Of a DNA stretch of 50,354 nucleotides, positions 9,472-17,811 are shown piece by piece. The notes under the pieces are model-generated. The model had not been told where the DNA came from and ran no database searches. It was given only the letters and a program-made list of their open reading frames with translations. Source of the stretch: Acetobacteraceae bacterium (lineage in GTDB: Bacteria; Pseudomonadota; Alphaproteobacteria; Acetobacterales; Acetobacteraceae); assembly GCA_003137135.1 (NCBI GenBank), contig PLFB01000182.1, forward strand, positions 6,391 through 56,744, in the 5' to 3' direction. Numbering within the stretch: the stretch's first letter is position 1; each line of letters begins with the position of its first letter. Position numbers and translations under genes: made by a program.

Positions 9472-10500
9472 ATGAGCGAATCAACCGAATCCGAAGCCCC
9501 GCAAAAACCCGTCACGCCGCAATCTCCGCCCATCCTGGTCGAAAAAACCCAGCGCCTCATCACCGCACTGAAATCCGCGCTCGGCGAACCACTGATCGCG
9601 TACTGGAACTCGTTCAACGGCTCCATCTGTGGCAACGACGTCGTCGCCTTGTACGGCGTGCTGAAGGACATGGGCCCGGTGGAGCGGCTCTCGCTCTTCA
9701 TCAAATCCGGCGGCGGCGACGGCGAGTCCGCACTGCGCATGGTCAACCTGCTCCGCCAGTTCACCCAGCACCTCACCGTCTTGGTTCCGCTCGACTGCGC
9801 CTCCGCCGCCACCATGCTAGCACTCGGCGCGGAGCGGGTGCTGATGGGGCCGATGGCCTATCTTTCAGCGGTTGATACCTCTTTGCGCCACGACCTCTCC
9901 CCCGTGGACAAAAACAACGAGCGCGTTTCCGTCAGCCAGGACGAATTGCAGCGCGTCATCCGCCTGTGGCAGAGCCAGGCCGGCGCTGAGGCCACCAACC
10001 CGTATGCGTCGCTGTTCAGCTACGTGCACCCGCTGGTGGTCGGCGCCGTGGACCGCGCCAGTGCGCTATCGACCCGGCTGTGCGCGGATATTCTGTCCTA
10101 CCACATGAAAGATGCTGATAAATCGTCGCAAATCAGCGAGCGTCTCAACTCCGACTATCCGTCCCATTCCTATCCGATCACGCTGCGCGAGGCCCGGAAA
10201 CTCGGGCTCAACGCCGGTGAATTGCCGGAAAACATCAACCAGATGCTGCTGGAACTGAACGAGACCTATTCCGAAATGGGGCAGCGCGTCTCGGTCTATT
10301 TCGACGCGCAGAACTCGCACGACAACAGCATTCTCAACATCATCGAAAGCTCCGGGCTGCAGGTGTTTTTTCAGAACGACAAGGACTGGTTCTACCGCAA
10401 CGAGGAACGTCGCTGGATCACGCTCAACGACAAGAGCGGCTGGCGCAAATCGGAATTTTTGGACGGTGAGGTTAGGGTCAGCACGTTTCACGTGCGATAG
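9472..10500 (+). CDS. ClpP/SDH-family serine protease-like protein
   Basis: SGGGD, CASAATMLALGA, MGP...LSAVD and SHSYPI motifs; ATG at 9472. Confidence 0.7.
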   Translation: MSESTESEAPQKPVTPQSPPILVEKTQRLITALKSALGEPLIAYWNSFNGSICGNDVVALYGVLKDMGPVERLSLFIKSGGGDGESALRMVNLLRQFTQHLTVLVPLDCASAATMLALGAERVLMGPMAYLSAVDTSLRHDLSPVDKNNERVSVSQDELQRVIRLWQSQAGAEATNPYASLFSYVHPLVVGAVDRASALSTRLCADILSYHMKDADKSSQISERLNSDYPSHSYPITLREARKLGLNAGELPENINQMLLELNETYSEMGQRVSVYFDAQNSHDNSILNIIESSGLQVFFQNDKDWFYRNEERRWITLNDKSGWRKSEFLDGEVRVSTFHVR

Positions 10501-10506
10501 AATGGT

Positions 10507-10650
10507 AGGAGAGCAGTTACTTTTTTTGAAAAAAAAGTAACCAAAAAAACTTTTGATTTCTCCGGCTTTTGAGTGGCCATACTGTGGCCGCTCAACGGCC
10601 GGGGGAAGCAAGAGTTTTTTGCTGCTTTTTTTCAAAAAAGAAGTTCTTTC
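10507..10650. repeat. Nested-palindrome repeat copy R4 (core type A)
   Basis: GTTAC T7G A8 GTAAC CAAAAAAACTTTTG, core TGAGTGGCCATACTGTGGCCGCTCA, then the inverted arm. Confidence 0.9.
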
Positions 10651-10713
10651 GTCCTCTTGCCAGCCTCAACGTCCCGTTTCATGATCCCGCCAACAAAAAT
10701 CGGAGGATCATAA

Positions 10714-12531
10714 ATGTCCATCACGCTCGACCGTCCGGTCGCCGACACCGCCAGCGACGCCGTCACGGCCTGGCTGCAAAAATTCGAAAAGGCCCTGACG
10801 GCTGGCGACGCCAAGGCCGCCGCCGGGCTGTTCGTGACCGACGGTTTTTGGCGGGATTTTCTCTCCTTCACCTGGAACCTGAAGACCTGCGAAAGCCCGG
10901 CCGAGATCGAGGCGATGCTCGAAGCCACCTTGGGCACCACAAAACCCCAGAAATTTCACATCGCGGAGCCGGCGGACGCCGCTGACGGCATTATTTCGGC
11001 CTGGATCAATTTTGAAACCGCAACCGCCCGCGGCTGGGGCCATATCCGCCTGCGCGACGGAATGTGCTGGACGCTGCTGACCACCATGACGGAGCTGAAG
11101 GGCTTTGAGGAAAGACGCGGACCCGCGCGTGAAATGGGCGCCGAGCACGGCGTGGTGCGGGACCGCAAAACCTGGCTGGAACGGCGGCACGAGGAACAAT
11201 CGCAACTCGGCTACACCACGCAACCCTATGTGCTCGTGATCGGCGGCGGGCAGGGCGGGCTCGGACTCGGCGCGCGGCTGAAACGGCTCGGCGTGTCGGC
11301 CATCATCGTGGACAAGCACCCCCGCCCGGGCGACCAGTGGCGCAGCCGCTACAAATCGCTGTGCCTGCACGACCCGGTGTGGTACGACCACATGCCCTAT
11401 TTGCCGTTCCCGGACCACTGGCCGGTGTTTTCGCCAAAGGACAAAATCGGCGACTGGCTGGAAATGTATGCCAAGGTGATGGAACTCAACACCTGGAATT
11501 CCACCACCGCGGACCACGCCGAATGGGACGACGCCAGGAAAGAATGGGTGGTGCAACTCACCCGCGAAGGCAAGCCCGTCACGCTGCGCCCGAAACACCT
11601 GGTGCTCGCCACCGGACTCTCCGCGATTCCCAACATCCCTAAATACCAAGGTGCGGAGACGTTTAAGGGCGAGCAGGTCCATTCCAGCCAGTACAAATCC
11701 GGCGTGGACTATGCCGGCAAGAAAGCCGTCGTCATCGGCTCCAACAACTCCTCGTTCGACATCTGCGCCGACCTTTGGGAGAACGGCGCGGATGTGACGA
11801 TGATCCAGCGCAGTTCCACCCACATCGCCAAATCCGATTCGCTGATGGAACTCGCCTTGGGCGGCCTGTACTCGGAAGCCGCGCTGGCCGCCGGCGTCAC
11901 CACGGACAAGGCGGACATGCTGTTTGCCTCCGTGCCTTACAAAATTCTGCACACGTTTCAAATTCCGGTGTATGCCGAAATGAAGCGGCGGGACGCGGAG
12001 CTTTACGACCGGTTGGAAAAGGCCGGCTTCATGCTGGATTTCGGCGATGACGGTTCCGGGCTGTTCATGAAATATCTGCGCCGCGGCTCCGGCTATTACA
12101 TCGACGTCGGCGCCTCCGAACTCGTCGCAAACGGCAGCGTCAAACTCAAATCCCGCGTCAACGTGACCGAAATCACGCCCACCGGCGTCAAATTCGACGA
12201 CGGTACCGAACTCCCCGCCGACCTGATCGTTTATGCCACGGGCTACAGTTCCATGAATGGCTGGGCCGCCAAACTGATTTCGCAGGACGTCGCCGACAAG
12301 GTCGGCAAATGCTGGGGTTTGGGCTCCGGCACGACCAAGGACCCCGGGCCGTGGGAGGGCGAACTGCGCAACATGTGGAAACCCGCCACCGTGGAGAATT
12401 TGTGGTTCCACGGCGGCAACCTGCACCAATCCCGCCACTACTCCAAATTCTTGGCTCTGCAGTTGAAGGCGCGCCTGGAAGGAGTCGCAACCCCGGTCTA
12501 TGGACAGCCAGAGGTCCATCACAAATCCTAA
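10714..12531 (+). CDS. Flavin-containing monooxygenase with N-terminal NTF2/SnoaL-like domain
   Basis: GGGQGG FAD motif, W..RY.SL.LH, FKGEQVHSSQY (FxGxxxHxxxY), GSNNS, ATGY; GGAGG RBS. Confidence 0.88.
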   Translation: MSITLDRPVADTASDAVTAWLQKFEKALTAGDAKAAAGLFVTDGFWRDFLSFTWNLKTCESPAEIEAMLEATLGTTKPQKFHIAEPADAADGIISAWINFETATARGWGHIRLRDGMCWTLLTTMTELKGFEERRGPAREMGAEHGVVRDRKTWLERRHEEQSQLGYTTQPYVLVIGGGQGGLGLGARLKRLGVSAIIVDKHPRPGDQWRSRYKSLCLHDPVWYDHMPYLPFPDHWPVFSPKDKIGDWLEMYAKVMELNTWNSTTADHAEWDDARKEWVVQLTREGKPVTLRPKHLVLATGLSAIPNIPKYQGAETFKGEQVHSSQYKSGVDYAGKKAVVIGSNNSSFDICADLWENGADVTMIQRSSTHIAKSDSLMELALGGLYSEAALAAGVTTDKADMLFASVPYKILHTFQIPVYAEMKRRDAELYDRLEKAGFMLDFGDDGSGLFMKYLRRGSGYYIDVGASELVANGSVKLKSRVNVTEITPTGVKFDDGTELPADLIVYATGYSSMNGWAAKLISQDVADKVGKCWGLGSGTTKDPGPWEGELRNMWKPATVENLWFHGGNLHQSRHYSKFLALQLKARLEGVATPVYGQPEVHHKS

Positions 12532-12595
12532 CCCTACGTTACCCCCGCGTTCCTCTCCGTTTCATTGTTGGTGTGGAGGGGCCGGCGGTGGCGCG

Positions 12596-12988
12596 CTACT
12601 TAAACCTTCCGCCACGCTGCAGCACCTCAATCTTGTACCCATCCGGGTCCGTCACGAAAAAGAATTTGCCCACCACCTTGCCACCCAGCGCCAGCTCCTT
12701 GATCGCCGTGCACGTCGCCCCCGTGCCCGCCACGTGGCCGTGCGCCGCCGCCACGTCCGCAACCGAGACCGCCAGATGGCCATAGCCATCGCCAAGCTCG
12801 TAGGCGCCATGACCATGATTCACGGTCAGCTCCAGCTCGAAATCATCCTCCGCGTTTGACAGATAGATCAACGTAAAACTCTCGAACGCCAGCCGGTCCG
12901 CGACCTTCAGCCCGAACGCCGCCTCATAAAACGCCACCGACCGCGCCTCATCCCGCACGCGGATCATGCTATGGATCATTTTCGCCAT
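12596..12988 (-). CDS. VOC/glyoxalase I family protein
   Basis: HSMIRV, ELELTVN, GDGYGHLAV and DPDGYKIE motifs. Confidence 0.88.
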   Translation of the reverse strand: MAKMIHSMIRVRDEARSVAFYEAAFGLKVADRLAFESFTLIYLSNAEDDFELELTVNHGHGAYELGDGYGHLAVSVADVAAAHGHVAGTGATCTAIKELALGGKVVGKFFFVTDPDGYKIEVLQRGGRFK

Positions 12989-13184
12989 GTTTGTTTCCAT
13001 CCCGTTATGTTGGCTCATGCGGGGCCAAAAACCCCGAAAACCCTAACCCGCTGCCCACGCCGCCGGCAACGGGTTTTCGCTGCCCGCGGCCCTGGCTGTA
13101 TCGTTTCGTCACAATCGCGCAAAACAAATGACGCAAATGCTGTCCTAAACTTTTTTGGGTGTTTACTTGCAAACGGGGTGACGA

Positions 13185-13316
13185 ATGAAAAGCATATTGA
13201 TTTCCACCGCCATCATCCTTGCCATCGGCCTCGGCGGCGCCTGGGCGGAGCGGGCTTTTTCCGGCCTGGTCAGCGCCATGTATGCCCACAAGCAAACCAC
13301 CAGCGTGCCGGCCTGA
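13185..13316 (+). CDS. 43-aa small membrane/secreted protein (below the ORF-track cutoff)
   Basis: MKSILISTAIILAIGLGGAWAERAFSGLVSAMYAHKQTTSVPA*; GGGGTGA RBS-like sequence; stop lies 21 nt before the next gene. Confidence 0.55.
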   Translation: MKSILISTAIILAIGLGGAWAERAFSGLVSAMYAHKQTTSVPA

Positions 13317-13337
13317 GCCGCTCAATCGGAGCCCATC

Positions 13338-13775
13338 ATGAAAAATACCCTTCTCGCCACCGCCCTGTTCCTCGGCGGCGCCGTCTTTGGCGCCCATATC
13401 TACCGGGCTTCCGCCGATACGCCGCCTGGCGCGCCGCCGCCGCCCGGCCAGAACATGCCCCCGCCGCCCGGGCCGTGGGGCATGGACCATCACGGGCCCT
13501 TCCCGGGCGGTCCGTTTCCAGGCGGCATGATGGACCGGCACCACGACGACGCCTTCGCCCTGTTCGCCCGCGTCGAAAATAAAAATCTCTCCCCCGCTGA
13601 CGTGAAGCTCATCGCGGAGGCCACCCTGCTCGAGCACGGTAACCATAGCTGGTCCGTGACAGACGTGAGCCGCTCCGGTACGGACATCGACTTCTCCTAC
13701 GCCACGCCGCACGGCGACGTGATTGCGACGTTCTCGGTTGACCCGGCTTCCGGGCACATGCATCGCGTGAGCTGA
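13338..13775 (+). CDS. Exported hypothetical protein, Pro/Gly/Met/His-rich linker
   Basis: Signal-peptide-like N-terminus, PPPPG repeats, MDHHG/MMDRHH and a small C-terminal domain; GGAG RBS. Confidence 0.75.
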   Translation: MKNTLLATALFLGGAVFGAHIYRASADTPPGAPPPPGQNMPPPPGPWGMDHHGPFPGGPFPGGMMDRHHDDAFALFARVENKNLSPADVKLIAEATLLEHGNHSWSVTDVSRSGTDIDFSYATPHGDVIATFSVDPASGHMHRVS

Positions 13776-13964
13776 AGTAAGAAGCGCTTTTTGAAAAAAG
13801 GCTTCCCGCCCGGGCGCGCAAAAACTTTTATGAGCTGGGGGCGTTTGGACCGGGATTGCCGTTAAACGGCTTCTTTCGAGCCGTTTAACGGCAATCCCGG
13901 TGCAAACGCCCCCAGCTCGTAAAAGTTTTTTGGTTCTTTTTTTCAAAAAAGAACTTACTTACTT
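13775..13964. repeat. Nested-palindrome repeat copy R5 (core type B)
   Basis: Begins at the stop codon (TGAAGTAAGAAG); ~50-bp near-perfect stem centred on TCTTTCG at ~13872-13878; ends CTTACTTACTT. Confidence 0.92.
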
Positions 13965-13985
13965 GCCTTATTAGGGAGATCGCTC

Positions 13986-14267
13986 ATGCCAAAAGCCACC
14001 TGGAAAGACCACGTCATCGCTGATTCAGACAACACCATCGTCGTCGAGGGCAATCACTATTTTCCGCCGGACGCCGTGAAGGCTGAGCTACTGCGCCCAA
14101 GCCCGACCACCACGGTGTGCGGTTGGAAGGGCACGGCGAATTATCATTCCATCGAAGTGGACGGCGAAACCAACAAGGACGCTGCCTGGTACTACGCCGA
14201 GCCAAAACCCGCCGCCAAGAACATCGCCGGCTACATCGCCTTCTGGAAAGGGGTCAAGGTCAATTGA
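13986..14267 (+). CDS. DUF427 family protein
   Basis: VEGNHYFPPD, CGWKG.ANY, AAWYY.EPK and IAFWKGV motifs. Confidence 0.9.
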   Translation: MPKATWKDHVIADSDNTIVVEGNHYFPPDAVKAELLRPSPTTTVCGWKGTANYHSIEVDGETNKDAAWYYAEPKPAAKNIAGYIAFWKGVKVN

Positions 14268-14305
14268 AAGAAAGCATTTACTTCTAAAAGCTCTACTTAC
14301 TTTCC
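14268..14305. repeat. Possible collapsed remnant of the repeat family (termini only, R6)
   Basis: AAGAAAGC...CTACTTACTTTC directly after a stop codon, with no arms or core. Confidence 0.4.
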
Positions 14306-14341
14306 TTTACACGCCGCCGTGGCTTGCGCGACACTGCGCGC

Positions 14342-15892
14342 ATGATGAATCGGCTGGAATCCTGCCTCAGATCGTTACCCAATGCCTTCCCAGGGCCCGG
14401 CGGCGCGGTGGCGGTGCTGAAGGACGGGGAAGTTTTGCTCCGTCACGCCTGGGGTTACGCGAACGCCGAGCGCCGCATTCCCTTCACGCCGCGCACGCTG
14501 TTCCGGATGTGCTCCATCACCAAACAATTCACCTGCGGCGTCGTGCTGAGCGCGTTTCCGGACCCTGCCGTGCTCGATGACGGCGTGGCGGCGACGCTGC
14601 CGAACCTGACGCAGCCGCCGCCCAAAACCCTGGATCTGTGCCACAACCAGTCCGGCCTGCGCGACTACTGGGCGGTGGCGATGTTGCACGGCTCCCCGGT
14701 GGAGGCGCCGTTCGGCGATGCCGAGTCGGCGCGGGTTTTTGCCGGCACGCGCAGCCTGCATTTCGCGCCGGGCACGCGGTTTTCCTATGTCAACCAGAAC
14801 TTTCGTATTTTGTCGGATGTGGCGCAGGCGCGCACCGGGCGCGGCTTTGGGGAGTTGCTCCGGAAGACCCTGTTCGAGCCCGCCGGCATGGAGAGCGCCT
14901 TTCTTGCGGCCGATACGCGGGCGATGCCCGACGGCACCCAGGGTTACGAAGGCAGCGTCGCCACCGGCTTCCGCGCCGCGGAGAACAATATTTTCTGGAC
15001 CGGCGATGCCGGCCTGGGCGCCAGCCTGGACGACATGATCGCCTGGGAGCGTTTTGTGGACGCTTCCCGCGACGATGCCCAATCAATTTATAGCAGGCTC
15101 GCCGCACCCGTGCATTTTGCGGATGGCAACACGGCGCTGTATGGTTTTGGCCTCAGCCGGCATCCGGTGTGCGGCCGCGCCGCGACCGGGCATGGCGGCG
15201 CGCTGCGCGGCTGGCGCAGCCAGCGGTTCTACCTGCCCGGGGAGCGGCTTTCCGTGGTGGTGATGTTCAACCACATGGCGGATGCCGCCGCCGCCGCGCG
15301 AAAACTGGCCGCCGCGGCGCTCGACGAACCGGCGCCGCCGGCGGCCAAGGATTTGCCCGACCCAGCCTGGCTCGGCGACTATCTGGTGCCGGAAACCGGC
15401 CTGCTGGCGCGCATCAGCCGCGCGGCGGAGGATCAGGTGGCGCTGGCCTACAGCTACCCCCCGGAACTGCTGCCCCTGCACGAAGACGGCACGGCCGGCG
15501 AAGATCTGTCGCGCCTGCGGCCCGGCCCTGGTGGCCTATGGCTGGACCGTCCAAGCGAAAATTTTTCCGGCGTTCTGCTGCCGCTTGACCACGGCGAAAC
15601 GCGCGACATCGCCGGCCGATACCACTGCGTGGAACTCGACGCCGCCCTGACGATCACCGATTCCGGCGGCGCGCTGTACGGCGCCTTCTCCGGTTTTCTG
15701 GGCCAGGGCCGCATGGAGCAGCTGCACCCGGTCGGCGGCGACATCTGGACCCTGCCCTGCCCCCGCGCGCTGGACCACAGCCCGCCCGGAGACTGGACGC
15801 TCGCGCTGCAGCCGGACGGCGCGCTGGTCGTGGGCTGCTGGCTGGCGCGGGGTCTGCGCTATGAGCGGGTCAGCAAGCGGTCGCTTTTTTGA
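14342..15892 (+). CDS. dap: D-aminopeptidase (beta-lactamase-fold serine hydrolase with C-terminal domains)
   Basis: SxxK (CSITK), YxN (YVN), HGGALRGWR, C-terminal PCPRALD and GCWLAR. Confidence 0.85.
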   Translation: MMNRLESCLRSLPNAFPGPGGAVAVLKDGEVLLRHAWGYANAERRIPFTPRTLFRMCSITKQFTCGVVLSAFPDPAVLDDGVAATLPNLTQPPPKTLDLCHNQSGLRDYWAVAMLHGSPVEAPFGDAESARVFAGTRSLHFAPGTRFSYVNQNFRILSDVAQARTGRGFGELLRKTLFEPAGMESAFLAADTRAMPDGTQGYEGSVATGFRAAENNIFWTGDAGLGASLDDMIAWERFVDASRDDAQSIYSRLAAPVHFADGNTALYGFGLSRHPVCGRAATGHGGALRGWRSQRFYLPGERLSVVVMFNHMADAAAAARKLAAAALDEPAPPAAKDLPDPAWLGDYLVPETGLLARISRAAEDQVALAYSYPPELLPLHEDGTAGEDLSRLRPGPGGLWLDRPSENFSGVLLPLDHGETRDIAGRYHCVELDAALTITDSGGALYGAFSGFLGQGRMEQLHPVGGDIWTLPCPRALDHSPPGDWTLALQPDGALVVGCWLARGLRYERVSKRSLF

Positions 15893-15968
15893 AAAAAAGC
15901 TCCGCAAAAAACTTTTGATTCGTCCGGCTGTTGAGGGGCCACGGTTTGGCCGCTCAACAGCCCGGGGG
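15872..15968. repeat. Nested-palindrome repeat copy R7 (one arm plus type A core), overlapping the dap 3' end
   Basis: AGCAAGCGGTCGC T6GA7 GCTCCG CAAAAAACTTTTG, then the hairpin CTGTTGAG.GGCCA CGGTT TGGCCGCTCAACAG. Confidence 0.9.
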
Positions 15969-15974
15969 GCGCCG

Positions 15975-17456
15975 TCAAAACGCCTTCTCCCCAAAAAACC
16001 CAAAAAACAGCGTCTTGATCAATATCACAAGGTCCAGCCAGATCGACCAGTTCTCGATATAATAGATATCGTGCTCAACTTGGCGCTGAATCTGCTCCAG
16101 CGCATTCGCCGGTCCGCGCGAGCCGTTTACCTGCGCCCATCCCGTAATCCCCGGCTTCACCCGATGCCGGGCCAGATAATCGTCCACTTCCTCAAAAAAC
16201 ATCTCGTCCTGCAGTTTCTGCCCCACCATGTGCGGCCGCGGGCCCACCAGGGACATGTCGCCCAGCAGCACATTGATCAGCTGCGGCAATTCGTCGATGT
16301 TCGACTTGCGCAGCCACCGGCCCAGCCGGAACACACGCGCATCGCCCTTCACCGTCGGTGTGTAGCTGCCGGTAAACTCATGGTGCATCGTGCGGAATTT
16401 GAAATTCCGGAATTCCCGCCCGTTATACCCGACGCGGCTCTGGCGCAGAAATACCGGGCCCGGACTGCTCAAGGCGATGGCGATGGCGATGACCAGAAAA
16501 ACCGGCGCCAGCATTGTCAGCGCCACCGTCGCCGCGCAGCGGTCGATGACTTCCTTGACCAGCAGGCCGGACCGCGAAATCGGCCGGTTCGCCACCGTGA
16601 TCAGCTGCACGCCGGGCAATTCGCGCCGCGAAAGCCGGATCGACGGCGTTTGCGCCAACGCGATTTCACCGGGCACGATCCGGATGTTCAACGGAAGCTG
16701 CCGCAGGCGCCGGATCACGTCCTTCAGGTTGCCGGCTTCGTCCACCGGCATCGTCAAAACCACCAGGTCCGGGTTGTTGAGCCTGGTGAACGCCAGCAGT
16801 TCCTCGACGCCGCCCAGAATCGGCAATCCGCGCATGATCCCCCGCGGCGGCCCGGCCGGCCCGCCGAGTGCGGCGTCAAACACCCCCGCCACGCGGATCC
16901 CCGCCTGGCCGCCCTCAAACCGCGCGACGAGTTTTTCGGTCAGCTCGTTGACGCCGGCGACGACGATGGATTTGAAGATATTCCCGCCGCGCACCCATTT
17001 GCGCAGCAGCACGGCGCAGGCGCAGCGCTCCGCGACCAGCAAGGCGCCCCCGATGACGAAAAAACCGCCGAACCAGAGCCGCGAGAGCAGAAAAGGCTGG
17101 CGCGCCAGCGAGGCCGCGGCCGCCAGCACCGCGAAAATCAGCGTCCAGCGCAAAATCGTCGATTTGCAGTTCCGCGCCTCGTCCAGCAAGTGGTCGATGT
17201 CGTAGAGATGACCGGCGAAAAAGCTCAAAAAACTGGCCACCGCCACCAGCAGAACCGGAAGCGCGTCATCGACGCTGTACAGGCTCGGATGCGTCGCCCC
17301 AAGCTGGAAGGAACCCATGCCCGCCGCGAAGATGATCAGCAGATCGAAAAGTTCGACCGCCATGACGATCTGCCATCTGGATATGGCGCTCAGACCGCGC
17401 CCGGGCGTGGGCGACGTTTGACCAGGCAGGTCCAGCGCTGCTTTCGCCAATTCCAT
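15975..17456 (-). CDS. Undecaprenyl-phosphate glucose phosphotransferase (WcaJ/HfsE/UppE-like priming glycosyltransferase)
   Basis: N-terminal TM segments, KFRTM, IDELPQL.NVL.GDMSLVGPRP, RH.VKPGITGWAQVNG and YYIENWS..LD. Start codon uncertain. Confidence 0.9.
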   Translation of the reverse strand: MELAKAALDLPGQTSPTPGRGLSAISRWQIVMAVELFDLLIIFAAGMGSFQLGATHPSLYSVDDALPVLLVAVASFLSFFAGHLYDIDHLLDEARNCKSTILRWTLIFAVLAAAASLARQPFLLSRLWFGGFFVIGGALLVAERCACAVLLRKWVRGGNIFKSIVVAGVNELTEKLVARFEGGQAGIRVAGVFDAALGGPAGPPRGIMRGLPILGGVEELLAFTRLNNPDLVVLTMPVDEAGNLKDVIRRLRQLPLNIRIVPGEIALAQTPSIRLSRRELPGVQLITVANRPISRSGLLVKEVIDRCAATVALTMLAPVFLVIAIAIALSSPGPVFLRQSRVGYNGREFRNFKFRTMHHEFTGSYTPTVKGDARVFRLGRWLRKSNIDELPQLINVLLGDMSLVGPRPHMVGQKLQDEMFFEEVDDYLARHRVKPGITGWAQVNGSRGPANALEQIQRQVEHDIYYIENWSIWLDLVILIKTLFFGFFGEKAF

Positions 17457-17564
17457 ACCACGCCCCCCACTACCGTACGGGTGTGGACCCATAACTCCGG
17501 CGTCCACAATTGGTGCATAGCACAATTCTCCCGGAAGAAATATCATTTGGCCGTCGGCTACTAA

Positions 17565-17580
17565 GTTAACAAATGTTTAA
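17565..17580 (-). promoter_or_regulatory. CtrA-binding box TTAA-N7-TTAAC
   Basis: Minus strand reads TTAAACATTTGTTAAC, an exact match to the consensus within a GC-rich context. Confidence 0.65.
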
Positions 17581-17811
17581 TGTCTCGCGCGCGTCCTTCC
17601 CACCTCCGTCAAACCCCCTCGGCGCATCACCAAATTTCACTATGAATTCCCGTTGAACGCGATATAGACGGCATACGGCTTCGGCGTCTTGGGAAGAAAC
17701 TTGCAGGACATTGCACGTGAAACAGTTCAGCGGGCGATCGACGCGCCCCGATAGGCGCGGCATTCCTAGCCGGCGGTCCGCTCCGGCAAAACGCCGGTCC
17801 GGGAGCGGCCG

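Noticed and set aside
10708-12522. 604-aa antisense ORF (likewise 15861-17564, 22622-24349, 24350-25903, 27867-29375, 37965-39707)
   Set aside because: Shadow frames of well-supported genes in high-GC DNA, with no recognisable motifs.
12532-12595. Terminator between the convergent monooxygenase and glyoxalase genes
   Set aside because: Only a weak imperfect stem without a U-tract; not supportable.
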